Shown here: positions 49,741 through 58,189 of the stretch, in pieces
Layout of the letters: each line of letters begins with the position of its first letter
How positions within the stretch are numbered: position 1 is the stretch's first letter
Source: Candidatus Uhrbacteria bacterium CG10_big_fil_rev_8_21_14_0_10_48_16
Lineage (GTDB): Bacteria > Patescibacteriota > Patescibacteriia > UBA9934 > GWF2-40-263
Length of the DNA: 64,000 nt
Assembly: GCA_002793515.1 (NCBI GenBank)
Contig: PFEU01000018.1
Coordinates: 32,203 to 96,202, forward strand
Direction of reading: 5' to 3'
Position numbers and translations under genes: made by a program
Notes under the pieces: model-generated
What the model saw: the letters and a program-made list of their open reading frames with translations, nothing else
Told to the model about the DNA's origin: nothing
Database searches by the model: none

Positions 49741-51288
49741 ATGGATCCGCTTGCGCTGACTGCTTCTCATGCTACTATGCCCTCATCTATGGCCGGACAA
49801 GAACGCATCCCTCCACAAAATCTTGAAGCAGAGCAATCATTGCTTGGATCGCTTCTGATTGATAAGGACGCCATGATTAAAATTGGAGATCGTACAACGC
49901 CTGACGATTTCTACCGAGACTCGCATCGACACATTTTTGAAGCCATGATGCAACTCTACGAGCATCATGACCCAATCGACATCCTTTCTCTTGGAAACCG
50001 ACTTGAAGAACAGGGGCTCCTTCAACGCGTGGGTGGACGCGCGTATCTTGTCGAGCTTTCCAATACGGTTCCTACGTCCGCAAACGTCGCGCACTACGCA
50101 GACATCATTCAAAAGAAGGCAACGCTTCGACGCATCCTGACAGCCGCAACGGAAATTACCCGTATTGGATATGCAGAAGAGGAAGATGTTGAAGCAAGTC
50201 TCGATCAAGCCGAACGAGCCCTCTTTGGTGTTTCAGAAAAGTTCAACAAGAATACCTTTGTTCATATTAAGTCCGTGTTACATGATGCGTTTGATCGCAT
50301 CGATGAACTGCATCGTGACCGCGGAAAGTTGCGGGGAGTCGCAACCGGATACCGAGAGCTCGACGCGCTGTTAGCAGGATTTCAAAAATCGGACCTCATC
50401 ATCTTGGCGGCTCGACCTTCTGTGGGAAAAACGTCGTTTGCCTTGGATATTGCTCGGCAAATTGGCGTGTCTACAAAGGTTCCTGTTGGCTTCTTCTCCC
50501 TCGAAATGAGCAAAGAACAGCTTGTCGATCGTATGATTTGTGCGCAGGCAAACGTCGATCTTTGGAAACTTCGCACCGGACGTCTTTCTGATCGAGATGA
50601 TGATTTCCCTCGTATTGGAACCGCTCTCGGACAGCTCTCGGAAGCTCCGATCTTCATCGATGACGCAGCGGGACTGAACATTATGCAATTGCGTACCAAA
50701 GCGCGCCGTCTCAAAAATGAGCATGGTCTTGGGGTCCTCATGGTTGACTACCTGCAGTTGATGGAAGGACGCACAAGTAAAGGATCTGACAACCGTGTCC
50801 AAGAGGTTTCAGAAATTTCTCGGGGACTCAAAATGATTGCGAAGGAACTTAATATTCCTGTCCTCGCGCTCGCACAGCTTTCTCGTGCGGTAGAACAAAC
50901 CAAACCGGCAATCCCTCGACTTTCTCACTTGCGAGACTCCGGTTCTATCGAACAAGACGCCGATGTGGTGATGTTCATTTATCGAAAGTCTGCTGATCGT
51001 GGCTATCGCCCAGAGGATATTCCCCCTGAAGAAGCGAACATCGCCGAGATTCATATCGCCAAACATCGAAACGGTCCAACAGGAATGGTTCGTCTCTTCT
51101 TTGATAAGACACGCGCATCATTTCAGAATCTTGAGTTGCGTCCTGGCTCAGCGCCACCTCCACCAGCGGATGACAATTCAAGTGGATTTGCTCCTCTTGC
51201 TCGACCACAGCATTCCACTCCCCTAGCTCCACCACCCATCGATCCTAATCCACATATTGAATCGTCCCCTACAGGTGCGGTAAACTAG
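49741..51288 (+). CDS. dnaB: replicative DNA helicase DnaB (with Pro-rich C-terminal extension)
   Basis: PQNLEAEQSLLGSLL N-terminus, Walker A ARPSVGKTSFAL, RecA-like motifs. Confidence 0.9.
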   Translation: MDPLALTASHATMPSSMAGQERIPPQNLEAEQSLLGSLLIDKDAMIKIGDRTTPDDFYRDSHRHIFEAMMQLYEHHDPIDILSLGNRLEEQGLLQRVGGRAYLVELSNTVPTSANVAHYADIIQKKATLRRILTAATEITRIGYAEEEDVEASLDQAERALFGVSEKFNKNTFVHIKSVLHDAFDRIDELHRDRGKLRGVATGYRELDALLAGFQKSDLIILAARPSVGKTSFALDIARQIGVSTKVPVGFFSLEMSKEQLVDRMICAQANVDLWKLRTGRLSDRDDDFPRIGTALGQLSEAPIFIDDAAGLNIMQLRTKARRLKNEHGLGVLMVDYLQLMEGRTSKGSDNRVQEVSEISRGLKMIAKELNIPVLALAQLSRAVEQTKPAIPRLSHLRDSGSIEQDADVVMFIYRKSADRGYRPEDIPPEEANIAEIHIAKHRNGPTGMVRLFFDKTRASFQNLELRPGSAPPPPADDNSSGFAPLARPQHSTPLAPPPIDPNPHIESSPTGAVN

Positions 51289-51294
51289 AACCCT

Positions 51295-51606
51295 ATGTTC
51301 AACAAACTCAAACACATCAAGGATCTAAAAAAACAGGGAAAGGTCATGCAGAATGAGCTTGCCAGTGTCGTGCATGAAGGATCTTCCGCGCATGGAAAGG
51401 TAAAAATAGTCGTGAACGGAAATCGAGACCTTGTGGAAGTCACTATTGATCCAGAATTTCTCTCTGACGCAAAGAAGCTCGAAGAAGCGATTAAGAGCGC
51501 CTGGAAAGATGCAACAGGGATGAAGTTTCAAATGAAGCTCGCAAAGAAAATGCAGGATATGGGCGGACTCGACATGCTAAAAAACCTAGGGGGAGGTGGA
51601 GAATAG
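51295..51606 (+). CDS. ybaB: nucleoid-associated protein YbaB/EbfC
   Basis: 103 aa, GKVKIVVNGNRDLVEVTIDPEFL signature. Confidence 0.85.
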   Translation: MFNKLKHIKDLKKQGKVMQNELASVVHEGSSAHGKVKIVVNGNRDLVEVTIDPEFLSDAKKLEEAIKSAWKDATGMKFQMKLAKKMQDMGGLDMLKNLGGGGE

Positions 51607-52213
51607 ACCTGTGCGTCGGTTCCCTGAACCTATTTCAAATCTTGTCGCGGCGTTTGCGCGACTTCCTGGCGTAGGGCCAAAGACGGCCCTACGTTATGTT
51701 TTTTATCTTCTTCAACAACCAAAATTCGATCTCGACGTGATGGCACGCGCACTCACACAACTCGGAGAGCGCATTCAAACCTGCTCCCGATGTTACACCT
51801 ACACAGAAAGCGAAACGTGTGAGATTTGTTTGGATCCAAAGCGTGATCCCTCTCTCTTGTGTGTCGTCGAAGAAGCACGCGACATCTCCACGATCGAAGC
51901 GACTGGAATGTATTCTGGGTTCTATCATGTCCTCGGGGGAACCCTGAATCCCATCGAAGGCATGACGCCCGACACCATCCGCTTGCGCCAGCTTAAGGCT
52001 CGATTAGAGACGAGTCCGGACGTAAAGGAAATCATCCTCGCCCTCTCTCCCACCGCACACGGAGAAGCCACCATCATGTTCATCCAAAAACAACTTGCCT
52101 CCCCTGGTCGCACCATGACGCGCCTCGCCCGAGGACTCCCACTCGGTGCCACCCTCGAATTCGCCGATGAAGTAACCCTCACTGACGCGCTCAAAGGAAG
52201 AAAGAAACTTTAA
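51596..52213 (+). CDS. recR: recombination protein RecR
   Basis: HhH LPGVGPKTA, C4 Zn finger CSRC...CEIC, Toprim. Confidence 0.9.
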   Translation: MENRPVRRFPEPISNLVAAFARLPGVGPKTALRYVFYLLQQPKFDLDVMARALTQLGERIQTCSRCYTYTESETCEICLDPKRDPSLLCVVEEARDISTIEATGMYSGFYHVLGGTLNPIEGMTPDTIRLRQLKARLETSPDVKEIILALSPTAHGEATIMFIQKQLASPGRTMTRLARGLPLGATLEFADEVTLTDALKGRKKL

Positions 52214-52299
52214 TTCTGGTCGATGGTGACAACGAGAGTGTTGCCTAAAATAAAACGCACGCTGTTCGTGTTTCGACGAGGCGTGCGCCGTGGGTGGAC

Positions 52300-52665
52300 T
52301 CAGAGATGCGATGCGGGTGTGCTGTTCTCCTTCTCGAAAGTTGTGGGGACGTACCCCACCAGGATCATGCCCTCCGAGCACGTGAGAATATGCTCCTCAT
52401 GCGGGGAAAACATGAACATGACAGGAGCCTGGAGCTCACGCTCCTGAACACCGTCGACCTGTGTCCAGGTTCGAACCCGGCACCGCCCCTGGATGAGGAA
52501 GAACCCTTCCGCATGGGGATGGGAGTGGTTGCCCAGTTGCACTCCATCCTTCTGTGTGATGAGTACTTTCCCCTCCACCGTGTGCGGAAAATCCGCAGAA
52601 GGACGGAACGCTGTCAGCGTCCGCCTCTCGTCCGTATGACTGTCTGCCACAGGGAATATCTCCAT
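52300..52665 (-). CDS. cupin-domain protein, GC-rich (about 60%)
   Basis: Cupin motifs G(x)5HxH...E and P-G-x-x-H-x-H-x-N (HSHPHAEGFFLIQGRCRV; FMFSPHEEH); strong SD AAGGAAGGAA before the ATG. Confidence 0.55.
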   Translation of the reverse strand: MEIFPVADSHTDERRTLTAFRPSADFPHTVEGKVLITQKDGVQLGNHSHPHAEGFFLIQGRCRVRTWTQVDGVQERELQAPVMFMFSPHEEHILTCSEGMILVGYVPTTFEKENSTPASHL

Positions 52666-52973
52666 GTCGTTCCTTCCTTATTTTAGTTTTTTGACTAAAT
52701 TCAACGTACAACAATTAGGCCCGTATGTCAATCGAACGAGAGGAAAGACTGATTTAAAATAACCCATAATATAAGGAGAAAGCGATATGTTCTGTGCCTT
52801 CCATCTAAATTCTGTACTGGAAACTGCAAGCCTGAGGCGGTAACATAGATTTGTTGTGATGTGAAACTAATGCTCCAAACCTTCACGCCTTTCAATTGTT
52901 TTTTGCACAACAAAGGGATACACGGTTTGGGTCTCAGTTCAGGTCTCACCCCTCCGTAAACCATTCGAGATTC

Positions 52974-53010
52974 ACTGCAAACGACATTAGACAATTATCG
53001 CGCGTTAAGC
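52974..53010 (+). repeat. partial attC-like site 0 (ACTGCAAACGACATTAGAC...GTTAAGC) upstream of the first cassette ORF
   Basis: Shares the ACTGCA...(A/G)(A/C)(C/T)(G/A)TTAG(A/C)(C/T) pattern with sites A-C; GTTAAGC fits GTTRRRY. Confidence 0.25.
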
Positions 53011-53042
53011 GAAACAAGTGTGAACATCATATAATTCGATCT

Positions 53043-53822
53043 ATGTTTGGATTACTACGTTTTGAATATTACCTAGCAGGCAGACAGCTATGGTTTAGTA
53101 AAGCTGGACACTTATACTCTCCAAAACTAATGCTTGGCTATGCAATTGAGACAAGTCTTAAACATGGCCTTTTAATTATTGAGGATGCAGGAGTCAGCTT
53201 GGACCAAGATGCAAAAAGTATCCGAGGTAAAAGTCATGATTTAAAAGAGCTACTAAGCACATGTGTTAGATATAATCTCTTCTCAACAATAGATACTTCG
53301 GACGACTTTTTGGACTTTGCTACCAAAGGACTCAACAGCCGATATCCAAAACATATACGAGATAATTTTGATGAAGCTAGCAACAGAGATCCTTATTTAC
53401 TCACAATTAATGTTGGAGAAACTATAGGATACTATGATGATTTAATGCTCAAACTTGATGATGAAATCTGGTCTATAACAAATAAACCAGAATTTTCTGT
53501 TGGATTTCGTGGATCATCACAGGCAAGTTCAGCCACAGGGAAAATATTTTTTCATTGTAACCTTCCTGCAATGCAGAGACTTAAAAAGTACCATGCAACC
53601 GTATCAGAACATAGATCTCATCACGTTAGTGATATTGAATCACTGAATAAGGGGGAGGAATTTTTGTGGAAATATGAAGACCGGTCAACGATAAGTAAAT
53701 CTACTTCTTATGACTCATCAACATTCAAATATAAAAGTGTTGAAGAGACAGAGATTACACTTCACGATGGAACTAAAATTATTGATTATGGTCCGCAACT
53801 AAAAATGTGGTTTCACATTTAA
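53043..53822 (+). CDS. cassette ORF A: hypothetical protein (AT-rich island)
   Basis: 259 aa from MFGLLRFEYYLAG...; the track ORF begins at 52896 but would cross attC-like site 0; no SD; about 35% GC. Confidence 0.4.
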   Translation: MFGLLRFEYYLAGRQLWFSKAGHLYSPKLMLGYAIETSLKHGLLIIEDAGVSLDQDAKSIRGKSHDLKELLSTCVRYNLFSTIDTSDDFLDFATKGLNSRYPKHIRDNFDEASNRDPYLLTINVGETIGYYDDLMLKLDDEIWSITNKPEFSVGFRGSSQASSATGKIFFHCNLPAMQRLKKYHATVSEHRSHHVSDIESLNKGEEFLWKYEDRSTISKSTSYDSSTFKYKSVEETEITLHDGTKIIDYGPQLKMWFHI

Positions 53823-53826
53823 CTAC

Positions 53827-53883
53827 GCCTAACACTGCATATCCAAAATACTAGCTACTTCGGATCATGCAGAAACGTTAGAT
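53827..53883 (+). repeat. attC-like site A (57 bp): GCCTAAC-ACTGCATATCC...GGATcATGCAG-aaac-GTTAGAT
   Basis: The ends match the integron attC core consensus (RYYYAAC and GTTRRRY) exactly; the internal imperfect palindrome CTGCAT-ATCC / GGAT-c-ATGCAG carries one unpaired base. Confidence 0.5.
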
Positions 53884-53915
53884 ACCATACACCTTACCAA
53901 TTAAAGAAGAAAAAC

Positions 53916-54410
53916 ATGCAGGATTTACTCGAACAAATAGAAAAAGGGCTTGAGGCTAATCTTTATTACTTATCACTTTTTGTAGCCTTGGCTATTCCAG
54001 ATATATGTGGAGCAATTGACGCATCGGATGGCGAAGCTTCAAAAGCAAAATATATAAAATGGTTCGATGAACACTTACAAACCAAATATAGCACTTCGTT
54101 TAATGGTGAACTTTGCTATTATTTTAGGTGCTCGCTTCTTCATCAAGGTTCATCTCAACATTCGAAAAGTAGATACAAACGAATAATGTTCATTGAACCA
54201 GACAGAAGCATAAGAATTCATCGAAGTATTATGAATGATGCTTACTTCATAGACGTAAAAGACTTTTGTAATGATATGGTCGAAGCCTGCAAAGGATGGC
54301 TGCAAAAAGTGGAAACGACACCTTTATTCCAAACAAATTCTATTAAATTTATAATGCGTTATCCTCAAGGCCTCAAACCTTATGTTAGCGGAGTTCCAGT
54401 AATCGGCTGA
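53916..54410 (+). CDS. cassette ORF B: HEPN-like protein (Rx4H motif)
   Basis: 164 aa; N-terminal helix LYYLSLFVALAIPDICGAI and ...YYFRCSLLHQGS containing R-x4-H as in HEPN RNase domains; motif-level only. Confidence 0.4.
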   Translation: MQDLLEQIEKGLEANLYYLSLFVALAIPDICGAIDASDGEASKAKYIKWFDEHLQTKYSTSFNGELCYYFRCSLLHQGSSQHSKSRYKRIMFIEPDRSIRIHRSIMNDAYFIDVKDFCNDMVEACKGWLQKVETTPLFQTNSIKFIMRYPQGLKPYVSGVPVIG

Positions 54411-54416
54411 CACAGC

Positions 54417-54503
54417 ACTTAACACTGCATAAACGGTTACGCTTCATTTCTTTCCGCTTCGCCCATATTGATTCGCAACATCAGATATACGCAGACGTTA
54501 GCT
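54417..54503 (+). repeat. attC-like site B (87 bp): ACTTAAC-ACTGCATAAACG...ATATACGCAGAC-GTTAGCT
   Basis: The 5' end matches RYYYAAC; the 3' GTTAGCT is one mismatch from GTTRRRY; imperfect palindrome CTGCATA / TACGCAG with an extra G. Confidence 0.45.
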
Positions 54504-54608
54504 AAACTATCTCTTTTCTTTTTTAAACCATCCCTCCTTCACTAAGACTATAACAAACAAATACCAAATTATTTAAAAACTTAGTGAACGTCTTTTTTTA
54601 TCAATAAT

Positions 54609-54991
54609 ATGATGAAAGTAGAGTTTAAAAAATCTAAATTGCATGGCATTGGTATTTTCGCCATGGCTGATATTCAAGCTGATGAAATTATTGAAATCTG
54701 TCCAATAATAATGTTGAATGCAAAAGATACAAACGAGATCGATAAAACACATTTGTATGATTATTATTTCAGTTGGAGAGAACAAGGTTCTGCAATTTCT
54801 TTAGGATATGCTCACTCTATAATCATTCTTACGAACCCAATGCTAAATACGATAAAGATTTTGTAAACAATCGGATTGTTTTTACATCAGTTAAAACAGT
54901 TAAAAAGGGCGAAGAAATTACTGTGAATTACAATGGAGATCCTGATAAGAAAGAAAAGGTTTGGTTTGAAAAATCAGAATTGAATAGCTAA
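54609..54991 (+). pseudogene. cassette ORF C: SET-domain lysine methyltransferase interrupted by a +/-1 frameshift near 54808-54815
   Basis: Frame 1 gives the N-SET part (KSKLHGIGIFAMADIQADEIIEICPIIML...); the downstream frame gives LYNHSYEPNAKYDKDFVNNRIVFTSVKTVKKGEEITVNY, the NHSCxPN/ELxxxY SET core. The two halves overlap in DNA at ...ggatatgctcactctataatcat..., consistent with a single-base indel. Confidence 0.6.
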
Positions 54992-55053
54992 AGTGAACTC
55001 CAAGCTTGCTCCGTTTCACTCTGCAAAACACCGCAAATACTGAAATGTTAGCT
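54986..55053 (+). repeat. attC-like site C (68 bp): AGCTAAAG...CTGCAAAACACCGCAAATACTGAAAT-GTTAGCT
   Basis: The 3' end GAAATGTTAGCT is nearly identical to sites A (GAAACGTTAGAT) and B (AGACGTTAGCT); the 5' AGCTAAA pairs with the 3' TTAGCT. Confidence 0.4.
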
Positions 55054-55311
55054 GAAATATGTATACCCTAGAATTATCAAACCCTATGAAGTTTGAGATA
55101 ATTTATCTAAACGAGTAAACACACATCACATCATATAAGACACATAAAAAACTTCCGATGTTGGTTATGTTTTGTATAAGAAAAGCCCCGAGTGAAGTCG
55201 AGCAGTGGCTCTTCTCCACGCGGGGCGCGTGTCATCACACCGGTTCGACCTAGCTCATGCGTCCACTAGACGATGACTCCTCGGTCGAGTTGGTGTGGGG
55301 ATGTGGGTTGT

Positions 55312-55899
55312 CTACCCGTTGGCGTCCGCCTTGCTGGGAGCGTCGTGCTCGGCGAGGACGTCGTCCCAGGTGCTGAGGAAGATCTCGCCCATGTCGGGTC
55401 GGTAGATCAGGGCGTGCGTGGTCCAGAACTCGAGCGAGTCCTGGCGCTCGTTGGTATCGGGCTTGGTGTTGCACGGCTCGTTGGGAGCGATCACGCCCGG
55501 GTAGCAGGTGACGAGCATGAACTCATCAAGGAAGACCTTCTTGCCATCCTCCCACTTGAACTTCGGCTGAACGACGACGACCAAGGTCGAGACGTCCGGG
55601 ATGCTGTTCGTCGGGAGGAGGAGGACTCGACTGGGGCCCTTGCGCGGGCCCCGACGGACGAACTGGAGCTCCTCGTTGGTGTGAGAAGCGAGGGTGGTGA
55701 CCAGCGTCGCCGGAGCGATCGACCGGCCCATCTGGACCTCGAAGGCCTTCTTGTCCGTCACGTTGGTCAGGTCGAGTCCCCCGATGCATCCCTCGAAGAG
55801 GACGACCAGGTTCTCGTCTCGTGCCCAGTACTCCTGGGCGTTGGGGTAGGGAAAGACGGATGAACCGTCACGGGTCGTGTAAACGTCACCGAGAGGCAT
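55312..55899 (-). CDS. hypothetical protein, GC-rich insertion (about 62% GC)
   Basis: Likely start is MPLGDVYTT preceded by the SD GGAGGG; the track start at 55971 overlaps a terminator hairpin; followed on its transcript by the hairpin CGCGCCCCG...CGGGGC plus U-tract near 55200-55250. Confidence 0.35.
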   Translation of the reverse strand: MPLGDVYTTRDGSSVFPYPNAQEYWARDENLVVLFEGCIGGLDLTNVTDKKAFEVQMGRSIAPATLVTTLASHTNEELQFVRRGPRKGPSRVLLLPTNSIPDVSTLVVVVQPKFKWEDGKKVFLDEFMLVTCYPGVIAPNEPCNTKPDTNERQDSLEFWTTHALIYRPDMGEIFLSTWDDVLAEHDAPSKADANG

Positions 55900-55950
55900 G
55901 AAGCCCTCCTGTCCTCGACCAGGGATTGGCGAGAGACAAACCAAGGTATC

Positions 55951-55990
55951 AAAAAACAGGCCCTTTGTCAATGCATAGGCCTGTTTTCTT
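55951..55990. terminator. bidirectional terminator ACAGGCC-(15 nt loop)-GGCCTGTTTTCTTT
   Basis: 7-bp GC-rich stem with T-tracts on both strands, downstream of the ABC exporter. Confidence 0.5.
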
Positions 55991-55995
55991 TCCTT

Positions 55996-57774
55996 TTACT
56001 CCAGGAATCCGCCGGCTTGGATCTCCCACAACTTCTTGTAGATATTGGTCTTCTTTTTAAGAAGTTGATCGTGTGTGCCGGAATCAACAACTTGACCTTC
56101 ATCGATCACGAGAATGCGATCCATCTTCATGATGGTCGACAGACGATGCGCAATGACAATGGTGGTTTTTCCTTTCATCAGCTCCTCAAGCGCTTGCTGG
56201 ATCAGCAACTCAGATTCTGAATCAAGACTGGAGGTAGCCTCATCAAGGACAAGAATTGGTGCGTTCTTGAGAATGGCTCGAGCAATGGCAATCCGCTGAC
56301 GCTCTCCCCCCGACAACTTTACCCCACGCTCTCCCACGAAGGTTTCATAGCCTTGGGAAAGACTCTCAATAAACTCATGAGCGTGTGCCTTTTTCGCGGA
56401 TTCAATCACCTCTTCATCTGTCGCGTCTCTTCGTCCGTACCGAATATTTTCCATCACAGTTCGATGGAACAAGATCGGTTCCTGAGGAACAAGAGCAAGA
56501 TTTTCACGCAGACTCTCCTGCGTGACCTTTGCGATGTTTTGGTTCCCGATGAGGATCTTTCCTCTCTCCACATCATAGAAGCGGAACAGAAGTTTTGTGA
56601 TGGTCGACTTCCCCGCCCCAGAAGGACCCACCAACGCGATTTTTTCTCCTGACTCAATAACAAGATTCATGTCACGAAGAATACGCCGAGTCTTATTGAA
56701 GCTAAAAAAGACATTCTGAAACTCAATCCTTCCTGTTTGAACTTGAAGTTCTTTCGCTGTTCGCGCATCTTTAATCTCGATAGGCATCTGAAGAATCTCC
56801 ACCATCTCATCTGCATCCGCCAGTGCGGTAAACACACGACGAACCGCACGACCAAAGTCCCAAATCTTCATGAAAATTCCAATGAGATATCCTTGAATCA
56901 ATGCAAAGTCTCCAATGGTGAGCACGCCTTGTTGCCAAAGTTTCACCGCGTAATACATGATGATAAACTCAATGGCAAACATGAACGCGGATTGAAATGC
57001 TTCAAGAATCTCGGCAAGATTCCACGTGAACGTATTGGATCTTCGAAGTCGCTCCGTGACCTCTTTGTACAATGTTTTCTCGAAGCCTTTTCCCGTAAAC
57101 AACTTAACCGTCACGGCATTGGTAATAGAATCTGCAGCGATTCCTGTTGCTTCGGAATCAATCGCGGCGCGTCTGAAATCATACTTAAGCTTCCATCGTG
57201 CATAGAGAATATTAAACACCATGAACGACACGACCCACACAAGAAGAATCAGGGCCAAGAAGGTACTGCGCGTTGCCAGCACAATCAAATTCCCCGTAAG
57301 AACGATGGTCAGAGGAATAAAGTGATACTGAATCTGATCGGCTACATCCTCAAACGATCGCGAGAGTCGACTCACTTTTCTCACCAATGACCCAGCGAAA
57401 TTGTTAGAAAAGAATTTGTACGAATGTTCATGCAGATGTGCCAACGAGGTCTGTTCTAGATCTGCCATCATGCGTGGCTGAAACCAGTTACTGATCAGAT
57501 TTGATACACGCCACATCACCCACATTCCCCCATGTATGACCGCCACAATAATCAATGTCCCTACAAGAAGCGATGGAAGCTGATCTGGATCAGCAGGAAG
57601 ATCACCGGAGAGCAGATCGAAAAATCGCTTGTAGAACAGTGGAGCGATCACGTCGAGAATATTTGAAATCCCAATCAAGAAGAGAATCAAAAAGAGACGT
57701 CCTTTATATCGACGCGCATGTTCCCAATACACTTTGAGAATTTGACGTGTTTGAATTTTTTCTGTGTTTTTCAT
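55996..57774 (-). CDS. ABC transporter permease/ATPase fusion (MsbA/exporter type)
   Basis: 6 TM N-domain; Walker A GPSGAGKST, signature LSGGERQR, Walker B ILVLDEATS. Confidence 0.85.
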   Translation of the reverse strand: MKNTEKIQTRQILKVYWEHARRYKGRLFLILFLIGISNILDVIAPLFYKRFFDLLSGDLPADPDQLPSLLVGTLIIVAVIHGGMWVMWRVSNLISNWFQPRMMADLEQTSLAHLHEHSYKFFSNNFAGSLVRKVSRLSRSFEDVADQIQYHFIPLTIVLTGNLIVLATRSTFLALILLVWVVSFMVFNILYARWKLKYDFRRAAIDSEATGIAADSITNAVTVKLFTGKGFEKTLYKEVTERLRRSNTFTWNLAEILEAFQSAFMFAIEFIIMYYAVKLWQQGVLTIGDFALIQGYLIGIFMKIWDFGRAVRRVFTALADADEMVEILQMPIEIKDARTAKELQVQTGRIEFQNVFFSFNKTRRILRDMNLVIESGEKIALVGPSGAGKSTITKLLFRFYDVERGKILIGNQNIAKVTQESLRENLALVPQEPILFHRTVMENIRYGRRDATDEEVIESAKKAHAHEFIESLSQGYETFVGERGVKLSGGERQRIAIARAILKNAPILVLDEATSSLDSESELLIQQALEELMKGKTTIVIAHRLSTIMKMDRILVIDEGQVVDSGTHDQLLKKKTNIYKKLWEIQAGGFLE

Positions 57775-57791
57775 AAAAGAAAATCGCCGGG

Positions 57792-58112
57792 TTAAGCGGC
57801 GATTTTTTCAATCTTGACTCGAGTGAATGGCTGTCTGTGCCCAACGTTTCGTCGGTATCGAGACTTTGACTTATACTTGATAACCGAGACTTTGTCCGCT
57901 CGATCATGCTCAAGAATTGTCGCCGACACTTTTGCGCCGCTAAGAATTGGTGTTCCAATTTGTGTTGCTGTTCCTTCATCATCAGAAACAAGAAGCACAT
58001 CAAAATTGATGGTTGCTCCTACTTCTGATTCAAGCTTTTCAATCTTAAGCTCCTGTCCTTCACGGACGATGTACTGCTTCCCCCCTGCTTTAATGACGGC
58101 GAATGTTGCCAT
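57792..58112 (-). CDS. rplU: 50S ribosomal protein L21
   Basis: MATFAVIKAGGKQYIVREGQELKIEKL...L21 signature. Confidence 0.9.
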   Translation of the reverse strand: MATFAVIKAGGKQYIVREGQELKIEKLESEVGATINFDVLLVSDDEGTATQIGTPILSGAKVSATILEHDRADKVSVIKYKSKSRYRRNVGHRQPFTRVKIEKIAA

Positions 58113-58189
58113 ATCGAGTGTTCCGCGGTTCCTTCAAGCCATAAGGCAAGCGTGTACCAGCGATTTCGTTAAGTAATAACGGGGGTATT

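Larger units (their letters stand above)
52974..55053 (+). mobile_element. putative integron-type gene-cassette array (three or more cassettes, no integrase in window; CALIN-like)
   Basis: Three co-oriented ORFs each followed by a 57-87 bp attC-like imperfect palindrome with conserved ends; AT-rich (about 35% GC) vs about 46% backbone; no SD sequences; flanked by GC-rich ORFs of a third composition. Confidence 0.45.

Noticed and set aside
52896-53042. N-terminal 49-codon extension of cassette ORF A
   Set aside because: It would read through the attC-like site 0 (R' near 52986-53010); an ATG at 53043 gives a cleaner cassette structure.
55273-55863. 196-aa plus-strand ORF antisense to the GC-rich hypothetical
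   Set aside because: Shadow ORF; the minus-strand ORF has an SD-ATG and a terminator.
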